Part shown: piece by piece, positions 53,810 through 64,000 of the stretch
How the letters are laid out: each line of letters begins with the position of its first letter
Numbering within the stretch: the first letter of the stretch is position 1
NCBI GenBank assembly: GCA_951406725.2
Contig: OX597818.1
Coordinates: 123,132,001-123,196,000 of the forward strand
Origin: Octopus vulgaris
Taxonomy: Eukaryota
Direction of reading: 5' to 3'
DNA: 64,000 nt
The notes under the pieces: model-generated
Seen by the model: only the letters and a program-made list of their open reading frames with translations
What the model was told of the DNA's origin: nothing
Databases searched by the model: none
Program-made: the position numbers and the translations under genes

Positions 53810-54618
53810 ATAGACTAAAGAACGAAAATTGTATTTTTATTTTCGAAATGTACATTTAACGCCTTTACGTTTCAATTGGAGTCATTTGTGATTCTTTGTT
53901 TCCTTTCCTTTTCATCTACCAACATGAATTGGACGGACGGGCATCGCGCTTTCATTATGTAAACGTTTATCAAGAACAACGAATCCGTAACTGTAACACG
54001 AAGGCTGTTCCGTGTGTACTTCAGGCTTAATAAACAAGATCCCGTACCTACTCGAAACACGGTTTTGTTATGGGTTACTAACTTCAGAGCAAGTGGATCA
54101 CGGCGTCGAAACGAAAAACAGCCGGCCGACCTCAGGCAGCCAGAACTTCGGAAAATATAGCAGCGGTAAGAGCTTCAGTTCAATATTCTCCACAACATTC
54201 TGCACGGAAATATACCGCTGCTCTTAGGCTTTCCGACAGAAGTTAGCGGAGAATTCTTCATAAGGAAATGGAAATGCATCCATACAAAATGGTTTTGGCA
54301 AAAGAACCCAGTGAAAGAGACTTTGAAACTCGCAGAGCATTGTGTTTGGAAATTCAACATGTCCCCCGTGCAGCTCTTGTGTTGTTCAGTGACGAGGCCA
54401 ATTTTCGTCTGTGTGGCAGATTGAATAAGTAAAAGATTTACGGTACCGGGTCGAGAATAACCCTCGTGAGTTGCATGAACGCCCCTTGCATTGTTCTCGG
54501 GTGACCATATGGTGTGCGGTAGTAGAATTCCGCATTTGGGGTCTGTACTTCTTCGATGAAGACAATGTTGTTACCACTGTGAACTCTGATCGATATTGTG
54601 TGATGCTAGAGAATTCTC
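53810..54618 (+). mobile_element. Tc1/mariner-superfamily transposase remnant (DUF4817-like HTH N-terminus, 3'-truncated)
   Basis: MNWTDGHRAFIM*TFIKNNESVTVTRRLFRVYF..VPTRNTVLLWVTNF; MHPYKM; VLFSDEANF; NPRELHERPLH..VTIWCAV..GLYFFDE..TVNSDRYCVML. Confidence 0.85.
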
Positions 54619-55824
54619 TCCTCGTATAGTGCTATGCTTGGTGACGCTATTGAAGATTGTGTATGGGTGTTGGTCAATGGCGTGTGGTGTGAGTGCTGAG
54701 AAGTGGTCGGTGCAAGTGTTTGTGGATATCCACGTAGGATGAAGTGGCGCGCCATGAGTTGAGACCGAGTCATGATCATCACTTCAGAGCCTGCGTAGAG
54801 GGAGGAATTAGAAGTAGGGGATGCAGAGCTTGGTGTAGGCAGAGTGGGAGGAGGAGAAATCAAAGTAGGAGTGTGAGTTTGTGTAGCAAGCTATAAATAT
54901 GTGTGCGTATGTGTGTGTGTGTGTTTGCACGCATACCTATATATGCATTAATACACATATATGTATGAAAGTCTGATACGGGCGCGTATATTACTGAAGG
55001 TGCAGACTATAACAGGTGGCAAAATGCCGATGCTTTTCGAAATAGAAGCCACTCATTTCTTTATTTACAGTGAATTAATATCTTCCCGTTTGAAGCCTGT
55101 AACCAGCAACACTATTTTTGACAAACAACAGTATAAATTTTAAAAAAATAGATAAATAGATAAATCCAGTGCCGATGACATTGTGAGCCCTTTCCTAACA
55201 AATAACACCAACACAGTTCATATTCGTTATTTGTTTCATTATGTCATCCATGATGTCGATGACTTTCGTTTATTTCAAATTTACGCAAGGGAACTTTTAA
55301 ATATAGAGAGAAAATATGAAAAAGGAATTTTCAGTAAATACATTTGAAGTTAATATTGATTTAATATAAATCTAACAATATGAAAAATATCTCGGCTATC
55401 GTTGCAAATGACATTCCTAATTCATATGATCCCAATAGTTTAATAATACTAGATGAAGCGAAATCAAAATAAACTGTCAGAATTGAATCACACTGTTGGG
55501 TTTTGGAGTCATAAATTGGCAGATTTTATAATATATTACGTTTTCGTATTTATTTTTACGAGATAATTCATTTGCAATAATGTTTTGAAACGAGTGTTGT
55601 TTCACTTAGGAGGGTCATTTTTGCCCGTAGTGGTAATATGGCAATATATTTTTTTATTTTAGAATTATTTCTTGCAGACGTGGAACAACGAAAGGCCTAT
55701 TATTGATGAGGTCGCACATAGTATCAGTGGGACCCTGACAAAACAAATGGTTAGACCAACGACTGGTCATGCAATTTGTTACTACTAGATTTATTAAATC
55801 ACTGCTGACCCTTTCTGTTATACG

Positions 55825-56000
55825 CACAAGGCTTAAAGCTTTGTTTGGGGGGTAAGGTCTTGTGGATTATATCGACCTCAGTTCTCGACTGGTACTATTT
55901 CAGCGATTCAAACGATGAAAAGCAAAGTAGTCCTCGGTGAAATGTGAACTCAGAAGGTAAAGACGGTGGTATGCCGCTAAGCATATTGTGTGGTGTGCGA
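55825..56000 (-). mobile_element. Degenerate SINE family M
   Basis: GATTATATCGACCTCAG..CTGGTAC..GATGAAAAGCAAAG..CCTCGG..GAACTCAGAA..CCGCTAAGCAT. Confidence 0.65.
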
Positions 56001-56896
56001 ACGAAATTACCAGGTCACTGTCAACTAATAATAAAAAGAAGTTTAATTGATCTATTATCTTTACTAAATCTATTTGATAAAATATCTGACAGCACACTCG
56101 ATATTGTCGAAACAATTTCCCTCTTGAAACTTCGTTGCTTTTCTGTATCAATATATCTTATATAGTACCATCGTAACTGCATCACATTATAACAAGGTGA
56201 ATCATTATCTGCACTATGATAATCATTCTACAACCAACGATATGACAGCTTGACTTCTCTTTACAGAAAAAGATCTTTGATACTAACAAAATCAACAACG
56301 ACAATAGGTCTTTGTTGTGAAATAACTACTTCCAACCACTCGAATATTTGATATCTCTTATGCCAAACAATAGATTGCATAAATTCTGTTACAGAATATT
56401 CAATGAACAAACTAACCAAGTATGCATGAAACAGCAACCTTAAGTCACATAGGAGAATATTCTGATTTGTTTGTGATGTTTATAATTCAGCAATAGCAGT
56501 ATCTGAATAGGATTTAGAGATCAAAAGCAGTTTAGCATTTGGTGTGTTTTGCCAATAGTTTAGCCGTGGGATTAGATAAAATTTTCTTCAGTACCTTAGC
56601 AACAATTATGTCATATTGTTATGGCGACAATCGATTTTAACGTGCATAATCTTCAATAAATGTGCAGTCATTTTGTTATCGTCTGCTTCACTGAGAAACT
56701 ATAGATCTATTAATAAATGCATCAGTAGCTAGTGGTCTTGGCAGTGAAGAGGATTTCTTTTATATATCAATCTTATTCTCAACTGTCTGGAGAAACCATC
56801 GTAGTGTATCAAAGGGACTAACCTAAAATATTATCTTCTGTGAAATTTTGATTCAATGATTGCTAATGTCCTTTCAAAAACATCCAGTTACTTTAA

Positions 56897-56941
<45 letters not shown>

Positions 56942-57283
56942 ATATTATAGGGAATACTTCAACTTACTCCCTATAGTTTCAGCTGTAATCCGTTTGTAAG
57001 AAATAAATCATCTTTCATTTGTACACAAGTAACATATAATAGATTCCATATTTTTATTCTTTTAATGTTTTCACTCATTGGATCGGGGCCGTACGGGAGT
57101 ACCGCCTTGAAGGGTTTGAATTCAACTTTACCCAATCCCGTGAGTTTTTCTAGCTGATCGATCTGCTTAAACACACACGCATACATACATATAGGCATTT
57201 ACGTATATATACTCACACACACACGCACACACACCACACGCACACACGCACACACACGCACATACACACATATATACGTGTGC

Positions 57284-57349
<66 letters not shown>

Positions 57350-57703
57350 TTTCACCGAGTGTGAAACTTTCTAGTTCGAATCACATGTGTCTCGAGATGT
57401 GCCGAAGATTTTCTATTTGGGAAATATTTAGGGTACTTAGGTCTGCTCAGGACTTACTGCTTGCTTTTTCCATGGGTATGAGTAAGTATTTCACTTATAT
57501 CTCACGTATTTATCGCTGAAGAGGGGAAAATTCTTATGAATTAACCCCGAAATTGGGACCAATACGTTAATAACGGATTTTTCAGAAATTTCTATTGGTT
57601 TGTTTCGAGACGCATTAATTATAATGGTTATTGACAATTTTTGTCTTTTTTTCGGCATATTTGGCATTAGAATTTTTCTTTTGCCCTTATCTTGTAAATT
57701 ATT

Positions 57704-57705
<2 letters not shown>
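57350..57705 (+). mobile_element. PLE pseudo-LTR-like module (family B), monomer between (TA)n tracts
   Basis: High similarity to 15005-15346; (TA)n on both sides. Confidence 0.75.
57511..57569 (+). ncRNA. Type I hammerhead ribozyme (family B copy), canonical core
   Basis: TATCG CTGAAGA GGGG-18nt-CCCC GAAA TTGG-GA-CCAA TA CGTTA. Confidence 0.75.
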
Positions 57706-57772
<67 letters not shown>

Positions 57773-58170
57773 GCGACGGGCTTCTTTTCAGTTTCCTTCT
57801 ACCAAATACATTCACAAAGGCTTTGCTCGGTCCTGGGACTGAAACCGGCATCACGTGGTTGAAAAGCACGTTGCTAACCACATAACACTCTTCTAACCAC
57901 ACAGCTTCCGTCTACACATACATACATATACCGATGCAGATATACACACACGCACATATAGATAGATAGAAAAACAGACAGGCATATACGCATATGTACG
58001 TACGTAATGTAAAGAGAATGAACAATAAAACCGAACACCCTGTAGGAATATGGTTTAACAAATAAGGAATTAGCTTATCTCCTTAATGGAAACAGAAAGT
58101 GTTCCAATATATTGGACTTTAGTCGATCATCAGAAGAGGGAAATGTAGTGAATGATAAAGAGAAATAGTG

Positions 58171-58249
<79 letters not shown>

Positions 58250-58399
58250 TGCCGGTATGTATAATGTGTGCAAGTGTATTTATGTAGGTATCTGTGTATG
58301 AATGTTTATCTGGATATATAAACATATGTGCAAGTGTATTTATATATAAATGTTCCACTTAATGTGTTTATGCCGGAATATATTTAGTGTGTGACAACA

Positions 58400-58763
58400 G
58401 AGAGAGAAAAAGAGAAAGAGAGAATGAACGAAAGAAAGAAAGAATGAATGAACGAAAGAAAGAAAGAAAGAAAGAAAGAAAGAAGGCAAGAAAGAAACGG
58501 GGAGAGAAAGAACGAAAGAAAGAAAGAAAGAAAGAAAGGGAGAAAGAATGAACGAAAGAAAGAAAGAAAGGGAGAGAGAATGAACGACAGAAAGAAAGAA
58601 AGAAAGAAGGCAAGAAAGAAGGAGAGAGAAAATGAACTAAAGAAAGAAACAGAGAAAGAAGGCAAGAAAGAAAGAAAGAAAGAAAGAAAGAAGGCAAGAA
58701 AGAAAGAGAGAGAGAATGAACAAAAGAAAGAAAGAAAGAAAGCAAAAAAGAAAGAAAGAAGGC

Positions 58764-58795
<32 letters not shown>

Positions 58796-58800
58796 AAATA

Positions 58801-58844
<44 letters not shown>

Positions 58845-58845
58845 C
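58400..58845. repeat. (GAAA)n-derived polypurine array
   Basis: Direct reading. Confidence 0.95.
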
Positions 58846-59322
58846 AGAAGCGACGAGGGGAAGTGTTAGAAACTAGGTGGAATGGCTGTTCCACGAGGAG
58901 CGTTAAGAAAGGAAGACGTGTCTATATCGGCAAGTATAGGAGTGTATCCGTGTCTAGAAGCGGACATAAGAGAAAAGTGGGTGGGTGTATATCTTAGTGT
59001 GGTGTATGTATATGCGTAGAAATGTACGAAGCACAAAGAAGAGTGACGTAGGCTAATGCAGTGTGGGGTGATTGTGCGTAAATGTAATTGATAGCGAGTG
59101 TGTATACATGTGTGAAGAGGTGAGAGCGGGTGCGAGTGTAAAGAAAGAAGATATTTGATTGCTAAAGCTAATAGGATGGCCTATGTAGGTATGTGTATGT
59201 GTGTGCATGTAAGAAAGAGTGTGTGTGTGTGAGTATGTGTGTGTATCCGAGTGTGTGAGTGTGTGTGTGTGTGTGAATCCGATTGTGTGTGTGAGGATAT
59301 GTGTGTGAGTGTGTGTATCTGA

Positions 59323-59624
59323 GTGGAGGCACATGGCCTAGTGGTTACAGCAGCGGGTTCGCGGTCGAAGGATAGTGGGTTCGAATCTCAGACCGGGCGA
59401 TGTATGTGTTTATGAGCGAAACACCTAAGCTCCACGCGGCTCCGGCAGAAGGTAATGGCGAACTTCTACTGACTCTTTCGTCACAACTTTCTCTCACTCT
59501 TTCCTCCTCCATCTAGCAGCTCACCTGCGACGGACCGGCGTCCCGTCCAGGTGGGAAACCTACACGCCAAGGAAACCGCGAAACCGGCCCATATAAGCCA
59601 TGCGTGGCTCGAGAAGGAAGGAAG
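59323..59624 (+). mobile_element. SINE family R2
   Basis: Homologous to 28426-28736; TSD-like GTGTGTATC(T/C)GA at 59311 and 59625. Confidence 0.88.
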
Positions 59625-60463
59625 GTGTGTATCCGAGTGTGAATATATGCGTGTGAGTATGCGTTGATTAAATAATAACGACTAGTCAAAAGCACAAAGA
59701 TACAAATTCAACAATCCACTACGGTGATACTCTAATATATGAGTGCTTTTTATATCAGCTGTGTACTCTCCACTATTGACTGAGGAAGTGATCTGATTTC
59801 TTAATAACCCGTAAAGTTTTCCCGCTAACCAAAAGCATTTAATGAATGTGTGAATGCATATACACACTTGTGTTTATGTCACGATTAGGCTGTGATATAA
59901 GCACAAGGTGTCAAGACACCTTCTAAAATGTGGCATTCATTCCAGCTTTTAGAACATTATGGCGTATTTTGCACAATTTTTCATAACGACAAAATTGTTA
60001 CACTTCCATATTAGTAATTTATTGAAGCTTACCAGTCCGAGTTGTCCGACATGTTACATAGTTTATCGGAAGGATTTTCATCTTGTAAAAAAATTTTTGA
60101 ATTCATTCTGTAAAGATATGATTAGTTCCCAACTCAGAAACAAATACTATTGTTGGCATTTAGAAAACAACAAATATATAGATTCATCTTTACTTATTGA
60201 AATGTGTTGCTTAACTTTACAGTTTCCCTTATTGTCTGGATTTGATCAATGCGAGTTAGAACGGCATATTTCTATGCCCGAGACTAATATTTATGCACTT
60301 AGTAATAACAACAAATAATGATTTACGGAGATGTATTTGCATAGCAAGTGATTTGATCTGAGATCGTGTGCTGAAACGAAAACAATTGCAGCGTGGAAGG
60401 TGTTTGTAAGCCATTTAAGAAACACACAAAAGCCGTTCGATTCACTTCAACATTTAAGTTTGA

Positions 60464-60514
60464 TTTGTCAAAATATTTTCGTCGCTTTAAGATCGCGACC
60501 TGTTCACTGACAAA
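60464..60514 (-). ncRNA. Type I hammerhead-like motif with compensatory G3-C8 core
   Basis: Minus strand: TTTGTCA GTGAACA G GTCGC gatcttaaa GCGAC GAAA ATAT TT TGACAAA. Confidence 0.65.
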
Positions 60515-60689
60515 AATCCGTGCTGCATCTCAAATAATGATCGTTGATAGAGATTTAAATTTATCATTTCGGGAGATAATTTGTAGGTTCCGAAGCAGCT
60601 TATCATAAGCATTCATTTTCTGATTCATTTTAAACGGAGTATTTAGTTCTGTTGAGAAAATGAGTTCTAAATATTAGATTATCTTAATA

Positions 60690-60885
60690 GAGTTCTGTAT
60701 TTAAGTGATGAGGAATTATGTACATTATTTACATTATTTACATTATTTACATTTGACGGATATTTGTCCTCATCTTGTTTGTTGTTAATACAATGTTTCG
60801 GCTGATATACCCTCCAGCCTTCTTCAGGTGTCTTGGGGAAATTTCGAACGTCGGTTCTCATTCTTAAGGTATTTTTCAATGTTGT
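60690..60885 (-). mobile_element. PLE terminal-repeat module abutting (TTA)n, with HHR motif at 60787-60832
   Basis: Homologous to 32170-32230 and 32636-32750; minus strand ACAC CTGAAGA A GGCTG gagggtatat CAGCC GAAA CATTGTAT (3' strand mutated). Confidence 0.7.
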
Positions 60886-60892
60886 TATTATA

Positions 60893-61051
<159 letters not shown>

Positions 61052-61119
61052 GTTGTTATTATTGAGGTCACTGCCTAGAATCAAACTCCGAGTTCGATTC
61101 AAGGCAGTATATATATACG

Positions 61120-61150
<31 letters not shown>

Positions 61151-61207
61151 AAACTTTCAAATTTTAAATTTATTTTTTAAAATATTGATATTTTTAGATA
61201 TGAAATA

Positions 61208-61249
61208 CACCTGATGAATGTCATTTGAAGACAGGAAACAATTGTAGTG
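61208..61249 (+). ncRNA. Minimal type I hammerhead ribozyme, canonical core
   Basis: CAC CTGATGA A TGTC atttgaa GACA G GAAA CAATTG TA GTG; palindromic stem III, GUA triplet; inside a ~200-bp module between (TA)n tracts. Confidence 0.8.
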
Positions 61250-61337
61250 GCGATTTATTTACTTTATATTAAAATTTTTTTATGTGTTGATTAAGTCTTT
61301 CCTTGTTTGATTTACAAAATAGTGGTTTTGTCTCTAA

Positions 61338-61391
<54 letters not shown>

Positions 61392-61420
61392 ATATATATG
61401 TATGTATGTATATATGTATG

Positions 61421-61486
<66 letters not shown>

Positions 61487-61526
61487 ATACATATATATAT
61501 ATATATACATATATATGTATATACAT

Positions 61527-61560
<34 letters not shown>

Positions 61561-61693
61561 ATTGGCAGTATCTGCCAATATACACATATATTTGAATTTT
61601 CTCTGACTCCTCAGATTTTTTGAATGCTGGACTACTGGTTTTAAATTGATATTAAAATTAATATTAATTTATCTCCCTCAATTTTTAAATATT

Positions 61694-61724
<31 letters not shown>

Positions 61725-61961
61725 TTGTGAAAAGGGCGGACGTTGTATCAGAAGCAGATGTGCAGGCAAAAGTGTTCGTTAATGTGGTGGGATTGACCTT
61801 AAAATTTACATACCTATGTTAAAATTGCTGGGGAGTTTCCATGGCAACTTTGAGTTTGCTCAATTGAAAGGCGTGGCCACTAGGGTAAAATTCCTCATTT
61901 TTTAAATGTGGCCCGAGTAGACCGAATGAAATGGGGTTATAATACTAGTATATATATATAT

Positions 61962-62017
<56 letters not shown>

Positions 62018-62024
<7 letters not shown>

Positions 62025-62370
62025 TAAATTAGAGATAAAACCACTATTAGGCAAATCATACAATGAAAAACTTAAGCCAATACATAAGATTAATTAATTT
62101 ATATTATTTAAATATATATCAAAATTATTAAAAAAGATAATTAATATAACGATCGTAGTGTTATATTAATTATCTTTTTTAATAATCTTGATATATATTT
62201 AAATAATATAAATTAATTAATCTTATGTATTGGCTTAAGTTTTTCATTGTATGATTTGCCTAATAGTGGTTTTATCTCTAATTTAATATAATATAATATT
62301 TTACTATAAAATTGGATTCAATCCTAAATCTGAGTTTTCCCTGTAAGTTTGGATTTATTCCCTAATATTT

Positions 62371-62376
<6 letters not shown>
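62018..62376. mobile_element. Family A module folded back as a ~130-bp-arm hairpin
   Basis: 62018-62150 is the reverse complement of 62160-62290; loop GATCGTAGT; (TA)n on both sides. Confidence 0.85.
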
Positions 62377-62415
<39 letters not shown>

Positions 62416-63017
62416 ACCTGCAATAAACAGTATGAGAAAGAAAAAGATACACCACGAAAGAGAAGTGTTAACAAATACTTCACTAGCTTATGTATGTATG
62501 AATGTATATTTGCATCCATGTACATAGCATATATATATATGCATGCATATATATGTGCATATGTATGTATGTTTGTATGTATGTATGCATGTATGTACGT
62601 AGGTATGCATTATGTACGTATGTATGTGTGTATGTATGTATACATGCATATATGTGGGCAGATAGCTGGGCACATAGGTAGGTATCAAGATACGTATATA
62701 TACATGCAGATATTTATGACAAAATATGTATGAGTTTGTATGCACATCCGCATGACTTTTCATCTGTGTGCGAGAGATTGCGAATTGTGGTTGATTTTTA
62801 ACAGCAAACGTTTCTTTCTCTAAAATCTTTATTTAATTTTTCGTCGTATAATTATCTTGCTTTTATAATTCGTCTCCTGATACATATCTTAAAAACGAAA
62901 GGTGTGAAAATGTTTAATTTGTTCGTATATATAAAGAGATTAATCGAAATTAATGAAAAATGAAAATCATATCGAGTGTGTTTGTATGCGTGCACGTGTG
63001 TGTTTGTATGTGTATAA

Positions 63018-63057
<40 letters not shown>

Positions 63058-63130
63058 TGCGTGCATATACATGCATGCATTCATGCAAACATACACGAAT
63101 ATATACATATTTACATGTGTGCCTCTGTGT

Positions 63131-63184
<54 letters not shown>

Positions 63185-64000
63185 CTGCGTATGTATGTAT
63201 GTGTGGGTAAGTGCTTGTTTTTGAAATGCCCGGAATAAATACTTTTTTTAATAAAAAAATATTCTTGCTTCGTCGTGTACAGTAAACAAATCCTACAAAC
63301 ATAAGTATAGATGTTTGTATGTCAGCATGTAAGTATACATTAATATACGCACACATATATGCATAGGCGTATATATATATATATTAATATATATATATGT
63401 TTGTGTGTGTCTAATCACATACATACATGCGTATACAGACGTATACTGACGTACTTATACAATGCACATATATCTACGCATGCATACACACGCACATATA
63501 CATATATAAATAAATATATACTTATATTACATACTCGGGTGTGTCAACACGCCACTTGCAAAGTTTGCCGATCGCTTTTTATCTCGCTTTAAACAATCTG
63601 CTACACCGCAAGTTACACATGTCGCTATAGGCTGTTATAGAGATATGCATTTGGGCACATTGCCATATTTTTACTTGAAGAATTCAACAGTTCTTTATAT
63701 TCCTCTAGCAACAACTTCAAAGAATTTCTAAAGAGCAGCTATCTCCTCTGAAATATTGAATTCTGTGAAAAACGATCGTTGAGAATTTTTTCATGTGTGA
63801 AGGAAGATGAACATGATGAGATTATAAACGAAGTAAATGTTTATGAAAAACTTAAAGGATTGCGGAACCACGAACGGTTTTTTCGATTTCTTAAAACAAT
63901 CTAATAACAAATAACACGTTAAATTTAATAGAAGCGCAACATAAAATGGAATTGGAAATGAAGCAGTATATAATTTGATTCATATAAATAGGTCGTTCAC

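Noticed and set aside
61725-61950. Possible Helitron 3' end (imperfect hairpin + CTAGT)
   Set aside because: Hairpin is weak and no matching 5' end or second copy is present in the window

Overview
AT-rich, microsatellite-saturated, non-coding animal DNA. The SINE families look like those I recognise from octopod cephalopods (an inference from recalled repeat families). I find no intact host protein-coding gene, and almost all ORFs in the supplied track are microsatellite translations. The recognisable content is mobile DNA: several tRNA-derived SINE families (some with target-site duplications), two 5'-truncated R4/Dong-like retrotransposons sitting in different microsatellites, a Tx1/L1 RT fragment, Penelope-like element (PLE) ORF remnants, a Helitron PIF1-helicase fragment, two mariner remnants, a Tc1-like remnant, a mariner-type MITE, and an intronless ubiquitin-specific-protease (USP) pseudogene fragment. 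The most striking signal is about 12 minimal type I hammerhead-ribozyme (HHR)-like motifs from about 9 sequence families. They sit in short, mostly ORF-less modules flanked by (TA)n or (AAT)n that often form fold-back palindromes. One motif has a compensatory G3-C8 catalytic core. There are also two apparent microhomology-flanked templated insertions. All structures were read by eye; nothing was folded or searched computationally.
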